In this document: one piece after another, positions 1 through 8,739 of the stretch
Layout of the letters: each line of letters opens with the position of its first letter
How positions within the stretch are numbered: position 1 is the stretch's first letter
Source: Syntrophales bacterium
GTDB taxonomy: Bacteria > Desulfobacterota > Syntrophia > Syntrophales > UBA2210
Assembly (NCBI GenBank): GCA_963666365.2
Contig: CAXXNF010000001.1
Coordinates: forward strand, 704,001-768,000
Direction of reading: 5' to 3'
DNA: 64,000 nucleotides
The notes under the pieces: model-generated
What the model was told of the DNA's origin: nothing
Seen by the model: only the letters and a program-made list of their open reading frames with translations
Database searches by the model: none
Made by a program: the position numbers and the translations under genes

Positions 1-3000
1 GTCGAATGTTCCTCCTCGTGGGGGAAGGTGGTTTTGAATCCGCTCAGGGAACGAACCCCGAGCAGCCCGCTGGTCGTCGCTCTGATGTCCGCGGCGCCCG
101 TCTTGTAGATCATGAGATATATCACAGGGCCTATCTTGGGAATGTATTTCAGGTAGGGGAAGATGCTCGCCGACACCTCGACACCGGCGCTGCCTTCGAC
201 GCCGTAAAAGACGGCCTGCTCGCAGGGTCTGTTGGCAGGATCGAATTTCACACTGTAGAGGCTCTGAAATGCGCCTCGCGGCGTCGGCGTCAGCTTTACA
301 TCCAGCCCTTCCACATTCTTCATGAATGAGGGTGTGTAGTCCCCTTTGTTGACACTCTGTGGGGCAATGCCTCCCTTCAATCTCACGTAAAACTCTCTGG
401 CTTCCCCCTTAAGCGTGGCCTCCACACCGCCGAAGAGGCTCAGTCCCATGAACCCCGGCGCCAAGCCGAGGATGCCGCCCAGGGAGTTGGCCATGCCTTC
501 CTTGACCTGCGTGTCAATGCTGTAGATGTAATCAATGCTGTTGGTGGCCCGCAGGATCACTTTGCCCGTGAAGGTGGGAAGCGCGATGATTTTCCCCTCG
601 GGCAGAAACTCTCTCAAGTCTTTATCTATCATGACCTGGGCGCCTGAAACGGCCCCCATGATCTCCGCCATGCCGGCAAAGAAAGGCGGCAGTCGGATCC
701 CTGTCAGCTCCTTGCCCTTCCAGTTGCCCGTGTATTCATGCTGATAGATATGAACCGCGCCCAGAGCAGTCACCACGAAAAAGGCCGGACGAAACTGGTC
801 CGGCGGGAGTTGCCAGAGCTTGACCTGCCCCGTGACCCTGGTAATGTCCGGATTGTCGCCATCGACAGTAAAATCCGTCACACGCCGATAGTAGACATTC
901 TTGAACCCCTCCGCCTGAAGGCGTATATTTTCAAGAAAGGCCCTCGCCTCGAAGGGTTCCGGCGCCGGCGGCGGGGCAAGCATAAGAGGAGGTTCGTCAT
1001 AGCGGTTCTTCGAAAAGCTCTTCATGTCGATCAGCCAGACTTCCTTTACGCTGTCCTTGAGAACGAAGGTCCGGTCCGCACCGGGCGAACCATCGGGGCG
1101 ATCAAAGTCCGGCAGTGTAAACGTGTATTCTTTTTGCCCCAGTCCCACATCGAGGCGCCAGGTCATGGTGAGGGCGCCGGCAGCGGTGAACTCGTTGAAT
1201 AGGTGCTGGTTCCCCGACCTCTTCACTCCCGGAAGAAAGGCGCCCCAGCGGTTCATCGTCAGGGTGTCTGAGGCAATGAGGGGTTTTTTAAGCGGTGTCA
1301 GCGTGAGGGCGTTGTCGCCTTCCAGAATGAACTGGCCTCTTTCAGGATAGTCGGGATAGGGGACGGCATCGCCGGGCCTGAGCAGCTTTCCAAAAGGTTC
1401 GAACCCGTCTGCGCGGACCTGAAGCAGATAGGGCACATTTCGCGACAATCCGAAATCGAAGGTTCCATCCGTGTGTGTCAACGTTGAATATGAGAGTCCC
1501 TGTGCAACTATTTCCACGGTGGCGCCCGGCACATTTTTTCCGGTCTCGCTGTTGACCACGACGCCCTTCAGATAATTGGATCGCTGCATGTAGGCGGTGT
1601 ACAGCAGCATCTGCTTCCCTTCCACGGTGACGAAGGTGAGGGAGTCGTAGCCGGTTACACGGATCCATGCCTTGTGGGCGACCGACGGACAGAGGGAAGT
1701 GGTCCCGAAGGTGATCTCGGCGCCCTCAATCAATTCGTTCGGATTGTCAATATTTCTCACCTCCACCAGCATGTCGTAATAAGGCTGTGGCGGCGGGCTC
1801 AGCGGCGTTCTTTCGTCCCCTCCCTTATAAATCTCATAGGACTCTTGATCAGCATCGTAACGCAGTGAGTGCCAGACATAGCCATCCCCGTCGCGAGGTT
1901 CTTCCCATTTGCCGGCTTCGTACATTGCAGATCTCTTATACCACATCACTATGCCGGTCTCAGAGATGGCACTGGTCCGGAGGCGTGTAAATAATCGATT
2001 CCCCAGATTGCCGTAACTGAAATATTGGGGGTGTGCCACGCCCAGCAGTACGTACTTCCCCAGAGCGGCAGACCATTCATATACATCAATGTCCACCTGC
2101 GAAGCCTTGATTTCCAGTTCCGCGCTGAGGGGATGGTGGGACAGGGGGAAGAGACCCTGGTAAGGACTGTCCCATTCACTAAAGTTTTCCGGAAACTGGG
2201 TGTCCGGGAAGACACCCGGATCGGGAAAGTCATACCAGACAAATGTATCGCTGATCGCGCTATACCACTTTTTTAAACTTCCCGGCTTTATGGTGTAATC
2301 GGGATGGTTGAATTCGACGGTATAGCTGCCGGGTGTTGTGCCCACCAGTGAAGCGAAGTGGGTATACCCCTCAGCACGTTTCATGTCGGGAAAGGCGGCG
2401 CTGATATTTTCGGGACCCTTTAAATTCAGATAATGTTCACCCTCGTTATGAAAATAATAGGACAAATGGCCCGTTTCCCCCGACGTACGGTTTAATAATT
2501 CAAACATTGTGTTCTGCACAGAAACATTCAAGCTGAAGAAGAACTGCTTTTGGGGCAGCAGGAACCATCCTTCCAGACGCTGTCCCGATGAAAGACCTAC
2601 GCCGCCGATGCCGCCCGGCATAGACCAGCCTGAGTCCCATTTGGGAAATGCATACCCCTGCATAAACATCTCAGCCGATTTTTTACTGTAGGGCCACTCC
2701 TGATAATAGGGCCAACTGAGGTGTCTCCTGAAATTTGTTCCATTTGCACAATCTTCCAGGGTCAGTGCGCCGCCGAAATAATCGGTCAAGCCGGGAATGA
2801 CCACGCCATACAGGCCGGGGAGAAGGGATACCGTGAACGCACCCTTGTCATCGGTTATTACCTCAATCAGCCGGCACTCGGCGGGCATGTGGGACGCATA
2901 ATACTGGGAGGCGCGGATTTCCACTTTCTGGCGGGGCGCGGTATGCCAATCGAGACAATCTTGTTGATAATTCTGCGTGAAGTAATTATACGCGCCATCC

Positions 3001-4415
3001 TTGATGCCTACAAGGTGGAGGATGCCGGTAAACGTCATGGGCTCCGGCGTGAGGAACATCTGAATTTCGCGGTGTGCATCGGCGACCGCATCCACATATT
3101 CCACGGAGGTAAAATGCACGGAAAATCGATTCGACGGTCTGAAATCGCGTTTGTTCTGAAGGACGACGTCCTGAATGTCTTCCCCCTCGACCAGTATCGG
3201 AACCGTTTTAATGACACTGTCGTCCACCGTCATGAGGTAATTTCCCGGCAGGAGTTTGTCGAAGACAACCACGGCCCGGTCCTTTTCGGTTTCGTGGACG
3301 ACACTGCGGATCCGATTTATGCCGGCGGTGTTGCTGTCTTTCAGGCCCTGAAGGCGCACTTTAAGGCCGACCAGCATATCCGGGTCGTTGTAGGGACTGC
3401 TGACGATAACGGTGAGTTGCGTATCCTGAAGGGCCATATTGATGCGCACCGCATCGTTCGGCAGGGATTCAACGGTGGTTTCACTGAGCGCATAACCCAG
3501 GCGCTTGCCCCGCAGGCGCCAGTGAACGTGCGGAAGGCCCTCAAACAACACCTTGCCGAACATGTTGTGGTTCCAATTCGGGTCGTTCGCCTTCAAGAGG
3601 CCGCTGATCCCCACCTGGGCGGGTACGAGCACGTTCGTCGGGTCGTCGGGGTGGACTCCCTCGCACTCAACAATTACGGATTCAAGAATCTGGCCATCTC
3701 TTTCGGTGACGGGATTGAATCCATAGACCGACGCGATGATCCGGCTGGTTTCCGGCTTCAGCCGCACCGCAGCCCAGTGAGGGCCGGTCACTTCCTTGCC
3801 CACGTCCTCACTGTAGGATTCCCACCCAAAAATGCGATTGTCGCCCTCGTTAATGGAAAAGCGGTAGGCGCCACGGGGCATGCCCCCGAACTGTACAAAT
3901 CCCAAATCGTCGGTGGCGCCTGTCACCACGACGGCGCCGCTGCCAGATGAGGGCGCCACGGTCACGGCGACGGGGACATGTTTCAGTTTCATGCCTGTCG
4001 TGACGCAGGAAACCTCCACAAATATGTCGAAGAACGCCTCAGTGTCCTTCCGGGCAAGCTCCGCCTGCCAGCGGTTCTGCTGACCGGCGGCAATGGAGAT
4101 TCCGCTCTCGCCATTGGCGAGGTAGGCAGGGTGCCGTGTCTCCACGCTGTAGGTCCCCGGCTCGATGTTGTCCATGCGATACAGGCCGAAACCGTCCGTC
4201 CGGGTTGTATAAGTCCGTTCACCGGAGAGGGCGTTGACGGAAGCGCCGTCTATGGGGAGTTTCGTCTCTTCATCCACAATCATGCCGTAGAGGCTCGCCT
4301 GCTGCGCGTCCTGGGCGAAGGCGGTCTCTCCGATGGCGCAGAGACCCGAGAGAAGCAGCATGCATATAACAGTACCCCACCGAAACCACGTTGTTGTCTT
4401 TGAACCTGACGTCAT
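1..4415 (-). CDS. Very large secreted protein (>1470 aa, 3' end outside window) with carboxypeptidase-regulatory/prealbumin-like domains
   Basis: Manual translation from ATG 4415: MTSGSKTTTWFRWGTVICMLLLSGLCAIGETAFAQ (signal peptide), then SLYGMIVDEETKLPIDGASV...TRTDGFGLYRMDNIEPGTYSVE. Spot checks found no stop in this frame and the ORF track lists nothing in it, consistent with an ORF open to the edge. Confidence 0.8.
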   Translation of the reverse strand, partial: MTSGSKTTTWFRWGTVICMLLLSGLCAIGETAFAQDAQQASLYGMIVDEETKLPIDGASVNALSGERTYTTRTDGFGLYRMDNIEPGTYSVETRHPAYLANGESGISIAAGQQNRWQAELARKDTEAFFDIFVEVSCVTTGMKLKHVPVAVTVAPSSGSGAVVVTGATDDLGFVQFGGMPRGAYRFSINEGDNRIFGWESYSEDVGKEVTGPHWAAVRLKPETSRIIASVYGFNPVTERDGQILESVIVECEGVHPDDPTNVLVPAQVGISGLLKANDPNWNHNMFGKVLFEGLPHVHWRLRGKRLGYALSETTVESLPNDAVRINMALQDTQLTVIVSSPYNDPDMLVGLKVRLQGLKDSNTAGINRIRSVVHETEKDRAVVVFDKLLPGNYLMTVDDSVIKTVPILVEGEDIQDVVLQNKRDFRPSNRFSVHFTSVEYVDAVADAHREIQMFLTPEPMTFTGILHLVGIKDGAYNYFTQNYQQDCLDWHTAPRQKVEIRASQYYASHMPAECRLIEVITDDKGAFTVSLLPGLYGVVIPGLTDYFGGALTLEDCANGTNFRRHLSWPYYQEWPYSKKSAEMFMQGYAFPKWDSGWSMPGGIGGVGLSSGQRLEGWFLLPQKQFFFSLNVSVQNTMFELLNRTSGETGHLSYYFHNEGEHYLNLKGPENISAAFPDMKRAEGYTHFASLVGTTPGSYTVEFNHPDYTIKPGSLKKWYSAISDTFVWYDFPDPGVFPDTQFPENFSEWDSPYQGLFPLSHHPLSAELEIKASQVDIDVYEWSAALGKYVLLGVAHPQYFSYGNLGNRLFTRLRTSAISETGIVMWYKRSAMYEAGKWEEPRDGDGYVWHSLRYDADQESYEIYKGGDERTPLSPPPQPYYDMLVEVRNIDNPNELIEGAEITFGTTSLCPSVAHKAWIRVTGYDSLTFVTVEGKQMLLYTAYMQRSNYLKGVVVNSETGKNVPGATVEIVAQGLSYSTLTHTDGTFDFGLSRNVPYLLQVRADGFEPFGKLLRPGDAVPYPDYPERGQFILEGDNALTLTPLKKPLIASDTLTMNRWGAFLPGVKRSGNQHLFNEFTAAGALTMTWRLDVGLGQKEYTFTLPDFDRPDGSPGADRTFVLKDSVKEVWLIDMKSFSKNRYDEPPLMLAPPPAPEPFEARAFLENIRLQAEGFKNVYYRRVTDFTVDGDNPDITRVTGQVKLWQLPPDQFRPAFFVVTALGAVHIYQHEYTGNWKGKELTGIRLPPFFAGMAEIMGAVSGAQVMIDKDLREFLPEGKIIALPTFTGKVILRATNSIDYIYSIDTQVKEGMANSLGGILGLAPGFMGLSLFGGVEATLKGEAREFYVRLKGGIAPQSVNKGDYTPSFMKNVEGLDVKLTPTPRGAFQSLYSVKFDPANRPCEQAVFYGVEGSAGVEVSASIFPYLKYIPKIGPVIYLMIYKTGAADIRATTSGLLGVRSLSGFKTTFPHEEEHS

Positions 4416-4898
4416 CCTATGAATCCTTTCTTCCGAGAGACGGATTACAGGCGGCACGGGGTCATTCGATCAATAGAACCCTTCTGTCCATCGTCGCGCT
4501 CCCCGGTGTCCTCGCGTTGTCTCGGATAACGTACTACGGTTGGTTGCAAATGTTCTGTTTTATGGGATAGTTATCTACGGAAACTGATTGTTGCGGTGCC
4601 ATTATAAAAGAAGCAAAATTGTACGTCAACAGGAAAGAACAGGGGGAAATAGTGAGGGCTTCTCGGTGGCATTTTTTGTAAATATTATCCGAAGGGGGGT
4701 TATCGGACCGAAAAGCTCAGTCAATTCCTGCCGCACTTCCACAATTGCCCACACCGCTTCGGCGGAAATTCGATGGCCGGACCTTCCCGAGTTTACCCTG
4801 CCTACCCGTCCGCAGCGGTCCATGGCAGCGAGCCTATCGCTGGGCTTCGACCATTACTCGGCAGCATTGTCAAAACAAATACGTCCCATAAATATTGT

Positions 4899-4931
4899 TT
4901 GACATATAAATTTGAAGTTGTAATATACAAC
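4899..4931 (+). promoter_or_regulatory. Sigma-70-type promoter with overlapping palindromic operator for marR-hgcAB
   Basis: TTGACA 4899-4904, TAATAT 4921-4926 (16-nt spacer). Perfect inverted repeat GTTGTA-ATA-TACAAC (4917-4931) overlaps the -10. ATG follows at 4936 with no SD. Confidence 0.6.
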
Positions 4932-4935
4932 CATT

Positions 4936-5418
4936 ATGCGCAACTCGATACACTACTCCCAGGAATTGCTCTTTCTTTTGGCGGAACTTTCCCGGGCTGT
5001 GCGCTTCTGCCGACAGGACGCGGTTTTTTGCGAAGGTGTAAGCTTCACCCAGTTTCTCATCCTCGACACGATCGCTGAGGGTAAGGGTGTTACCATGACC
5101 GACCTCAACACGATTCTTTCCATTGAAAAGAGCACCGGCACGCGTCTGGTAAAACCGCTGATCGACAAAAACCTGGTGGAACGGAAGCAATCGGACAAGG
5201 ATCGGCGGACAGTCCTTTTGGAGCTGACCCAAGAGGGGATCGCAACACACAGGCGGGTATGGGATTGTTTCATCGGTTTCGCGGAAACAATAAAAAAGGA
5301 GATACCGGAAGATAAAAGCGAACAAATACGCAACGCATTAAGAATTTTTGCGCGGGCTGTGCGTACCGCATCATCGGCCTGTACCTGCTGCGATCTTTCG
5401 GAAGAATTAACACAATGA
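4936..5418 (+). CDS. MarR-family transcriptional regulator with Cys-rich C-terminus
   Basis: wHTH motifs TMTDLNTILSIEKSTGTRLVKPLIDKNLVER and DRRTVLLELTQEG; ends ACTCCDL. Confidence 0.9.
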   Translation: MRNSIHYSQELLFLLAELSRAVRFCRQDAVFCEGVSFTQFLILDTIAEGKGVTMTDLNTILSIEKSTGTRLVKPLIDKNLVERKQSDKDRRTVLLELTQEGIATHRRVWDCFIGFAETIKKEIPEDKSEQIRNALRIFARAVRTASSACTCCDLSEELTQ

Positions 5419-6602
5419 AACAATTTACAATAATAGATCCGAAGAGCCTAAAATCGGCCAATGGCGTTCCGTACATGGCGTCGGTCAACGAGAAGCCTGA
5501 ACCAACCTGAGGACCCACATGCGGGGTTCAGGTGAACCCGCTTCCACCGCCGAGGATTGATCAACCTTTTGTAGAAAAGGCTTTTGACACCGCAATAGGT
5601 TGTGTGCCTCAGGTCCTGTCATGCCTCACCTGGCGTGACCACGCAGGAACGCTTCGTGTACGATCGAACATAGGCCGTTTTCGTTATATCGTCGATCCAG
5701 GGCTTTATGCTCTGGGAACACCGGACGAAACTTCTCCCGTTCTGATAACGGCAAATTATAAATTAAGTTTTGACATCCTTCGTTCGTCTCTTCCGGAACG
5801 ACATGCCTGGATTCTTGTCCTGGACACGCGGGGAATCAACGTCTGGTGCGCCGCCGGAAAGGGCACTTTCAGTACCGAAGAGCTGGTCTGGCGGATTGCC
5901 GAAAGCGGTTTAACCAACGTGGTCTCTCATAAAAAAATCATCCTGCCGCAGCTAAGCGCCCCCGGCATTGCAGCGCATCTTGTGAAAAAGCGAAGCGGCT
6001 TTACAGTTCACTACGGACCGGTGCATGCGAAAGACCTTCCCGCCTACCTCGATGGGGGTTTGAAGGCCACGCCCGCCATGCGCCGCATGACATTCTCGCT
6101 GAGAGAACGGGCACTTTTAATACCGGTTGAACTGGCGTTGGCCCTTAAGGTCGGCTGTATCATTGCCGCAGTGTTTGTCCTTATGGGCGGTTTGGGAGGA
6201 CCAGCCCAATACTGGAACAATGTCGCACACTACGGTCTATATGCGGGACTCGCTTTTATCTGCAGCGTCCTGGCCGGAACGATTTTGATCCCCCTTTTAC
6301 TGCCCGTAATTCCGGGAAGGGCCTTTTCACTAAAGGGTATTATAGTGGGGCTGGGAATGGCATGCGCTCTGCTCCTCTTTCGGAATCCCGACATAAATGG
6401 CTGGTCGGGACTTCTGGAAACGATAGGCGTTGTCTTCTTTGTCACAGCCGTCACCGCCTACCTGGCGATGAATTTTACCGGCTCGTCAACCTACACCTCT
6501 CTCTCGGGGGTCAGAAAAGAGATGCGCTGGGCACTTCCCTTTGAAATCATCGCAGGCTCGGCAGGCTTTCTTATCTGGCTGGGCTCACGTTTTACAGCAT
6601 AG
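5415..6602 (+). CDS. hgcA: Mercury methylation corrinoid protein HgcA, with probable Sec-containing N-terminal extension (ORF track starts at GTG 5532)
   Basis: Cap-helix motif NVWCAAGK, TANYKLSFD motif, C-terminal TM helices, adjacent hgcB. ATG 5415 overlaps the marR stop (ATGA) and is in frame, with a single TGA at 5508-5510. Confidence 0.95.
5521..5541 (+). promoter_or_regulatory. Candidate bacterial SECIS hairpin
   Basis: GCGGGGTTC-AGGT-GAACCCGC stem-loop with one bulged G and a G-containing loop, starting 10 nt after the in-frame TGA. Confidence 0.6.
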
Positions 6603-6616
6603 GAGAAGTATGAAAG

Positions 6617-6898
6617 ATGGCACAACTGGCATATTTGAGAAATGTAGCCACTCTCGCTCTCAATGAGAAGAAATGCACCGGCTGCGGCGTCTGTCTCGAT
6701 GTCTGCCCCCATGAGGTGCTCGCCATGAATGGCAGTCGTCGAATCACCATTATAGATCTCGATGCCTGCATGGAATGCGGGGCCTGTATGCGCAACTGCC
6801 CTGCGGAAGCCCTTTTCGTCCAGACCGGCGTAGGATGCGCCGCGGCCGTGATCAATTCGCTTCTGGGCCTGAAAGGTTTCTGCTGCACTATCGAATGA
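6617..6898 (+). CDS. hgcB: Mercury methylation 2[4Fe-4S] ferredoxin HgcB
   Basis: CTGCGVCLDVCP and CMECGACMRNCP motifs, GVGCA, near-terminal CC; directly follows hgcA. Confidence 0.93.
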   Translation: MAQLAYLRNVATLALNEKKCTGCGVCLDVCPHEVLAMNGSRRITIIDLDACMECGACMRNCPAEALFVQTGVGCAAAVINSLLGLKGFCCTIE

Positions 6899-6968
6899 AA
6901 CGAGTGTTCGGGAAAAAAGAGAGTTAACGACTGACTGCTTCCTCACTTCGGAGCATAGGAGGAAAAGG

Positions 6969-8576
6969 ATGCATCTTCTGAACAGGTTGTCGAAAAGAGA
7001 AATCATAGGATTTATTTTTGCGATGTCTGTCCTTCTGTTGACACCTGCCATGACAATGGCGCTCGATTTCGACGGCAATTGGAACGGTTCCTGGACAAGC
7101 GTATACGGAACAACGGGAAGCGTCTACGGATCGATGTATCTGTCAGGAAACTCGGTCAGCGGGATGCTTACCATTACCAATACCGATTGCGGTACGGTGA
7201 GTCTGTCGATATCAGGGACACTGATTAACAACGTCCTTACCATAAATGGCTCAAAATATTGTGGCGGTTCGAACAACGAATTTCGTTTCACCCAGGGATA
7301 CTTCTCGGGAAGCACAATAAACGGAAACTATAACATTATCAGCGATGGGGACTTGTACGATTCAGGCGCCTTTACGCTCGTTCATCAACCTACCGCACCG
7401 ACTGCCAATTTCACGGCGAACACGACTTCCGGGATTGCCCCTCTGACAGTTACTTTTACCGATCAGAGTAGCGGTACCGTCAGCACCTACGCCTGGTCTT
7501 TCGGCGACGGACAGACAAGCACCCTGCAAAATCCCTCGCATATCTATCCGACACCGGGGACTTACACGGTCCAGCTCACAGTCAACGGGCCAGGCGGAAG
7601 TAATACCCAAACGCGCTCCGGCTATATCACCGTTACCTATCCCGCTCCGGTGGCTGGTTTCACTGTCGATACAACGACCGGCAACGCGCCTCTTCAGGTC
7701 AGTTTTACCGATCAGAGTACCGGTACCGTCAGCACCTACGCCTGGTCTTTCGGCGACGGACAGACAAGCTCTCTGCAAAATCCCTCGCATATCTATCCGA
7801 CACCGGGGACTTACACGGTCCAGCTCACAGTCAACGGGCCAGGCGGAAGTAATACCCAAACGCGCTCCGGCTATATCACCGTTACCTATCCCGCTCCGGT
7901 GGCTGGTTTCACTGTCGATACAACGACCGGCAACGCGCCTCTTCAGGTCAGCTTTACCGATCAGAGTACCGGTACCGTCAGCACCTACGCCTGGTCTTTC
8001 GGCGACGGACAGACAAGCTCTCTGAAAAATCCCTCGCATATCTATCCGACACCGGGGACTTACACGGTCCAGCTCACAGTCAACGGGCCAGGCGGAAGTA
8101 ATACCCAAACGCGCTCCGGCTATATCACCGTTACCTATCCCGCTCCGGTGGCTGGTTTCACTGTCGATACAACGACCGGCAACGCGCCTCTTCAGGTCAG
8201 CTTTACCGATCAGAGTACCGGTACCGTCAGCACCTACGCCTGGTCTTTCGGCGACGGACAGACAAGCACCCTGCAAAATCCCTCGCATACTTATCAGACA
8301 CCAGGATGGTACACGGTCCGTTTGAGTATCAGCGGACCGGGTGGAGAGGATACTGTAACCAAGGATTCCCTGATTGGAGCAGCCGATCCTTTATCGGATC
8401 TCAATGATGACGGAACAGTCGATCTGGCCGATGCATTGCTTGGGTTGAAAATTCTAAGCCGTTCCACAGTGTCGACCGGCCTTGACTCTCTTTCACAAAA
8501 AGATATTGACGGTGACAACAGGCTCGGGCTCGGGGAAACCATCCACATACTTCAATGGCTTGCAAAATTATTGTGA
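6969..8576 (+). CDS. Secreted protein with four PKD domains and a C-terminal dockerin-like domain
   Basis: Signal peptide; repeated WSFGDG...NPSHxY..PGTYTV PKD motifs; C-terminal DLNDDGTVDLAD...DIDGDNRLGLGE. Confidence 0.9.
   Translation: MHLLNRLSKREIIGFIFAMSVLLLTPAMTMALDFDGNWNGSWTSVYGTTGSVYGSMYLSGNSVSGMLTITNTDCGTVSLSISGTLINNVLTINGSKYCGGSNNEFRFTQGYFSGSTINGNYNIISDGDLYDSGAFTLVHQPTAPTANFTANTTSGIAPLTVTFTDQSSGTVSTYAWSFGDGQTSTLQNPSHIYPTPGTYTVQLTVNGPGGSNTQTRSGYITVTYPAPVAGFTVDTTTGNAPLQVSFTDQSTGTVSTYAWSFGDGQTSSLQNPSHIYPTPGTYTVQLTVNGPGGSNTQTRSGYITVTYPAPVAGFTVDTTTGNAPLQVSFTDQSTGTVSTYAWSFGDGQTSSLKNPSHIYPTPGTYTVQLTVNGPGGSNTQTRSGYITVTYPAPVAGFTVDTTTGNAPLQVSFTDQSTGTVSTYAWSFGDGQTSTLQNPSHTYQTPGWYTVRLSISGPGGEDTVTKDSLIGAADPLSDLNDDGTVDLADALLGLKILSRSTVSTGLDSLSQKDIDGDNRLGLGETIHILQWLAKLL
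7454..8289 (+). repeat. Near-identical 249-bp tandem repeats (83-aa PKD units)
   Basis: For example ACAGACAAGC recurs at 7511 and 7760; about 3.3 nearly identical copies. Confidence 0.95.
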
Positions 8577-8592
8577 GCAAAAAAATAGGGGG

Positions 8593-8723
8593 GCACTTTC
8601 CGTACAGGCTTGTGTAGGATGCGCCGCTGCCGTAATCAATTCGCTTCTGGGTCGAAAAGGTTTCTGCTGCACTATCGGAGAAAGCGAAATAGAGTCGGAA
8701 TCCGGCGCATCTGGATGCTGCTG
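8593..8723 (+). pseudogene. Diverged orphan copy of the hgcB 3' end
   Basis: Translates ALSVQACVGCAAAVINSLLGRKGFCCTIGESEIESESGASGCC versus HgcB ALFVQTGVGCAAAVINSLLGLKGFCCTIE. Confidence 0.85.
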
Positions 8724-8739
8724 GAGGCTCTGTCTGACC

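Noticed and set aside
6..4403. Plus-strand ORFs such as 2721-3950 (409 aa)
   Set aside because: Antisense shadows of the long minus-strand secreted-protein gene; no recognisable motifs.
4626..4823. Possible tyrosine-integrase remnant (ISAEAVWAIV...ITP)
   Set aside because: Too short, with no catalytic motif; cannot be supported without a search.
5532..6602. CdhE/AcsC corrinoid Fe-S protein
   Set aside because: The NVWCAAGK motif, TM domain and adjacent ferredoxin identify it as HgcA.
7454..8289. CRISPR array
   Set aside because: Contiguous 249-bp coding repeats with no spacers and no cas genes.
6809..8677. Diversity-generating retroelement TR/VR pair (also considered for the RHS duplicate)
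   Set aside because: Mismatches are not adenine-specific and no reverse transcriptase is present.
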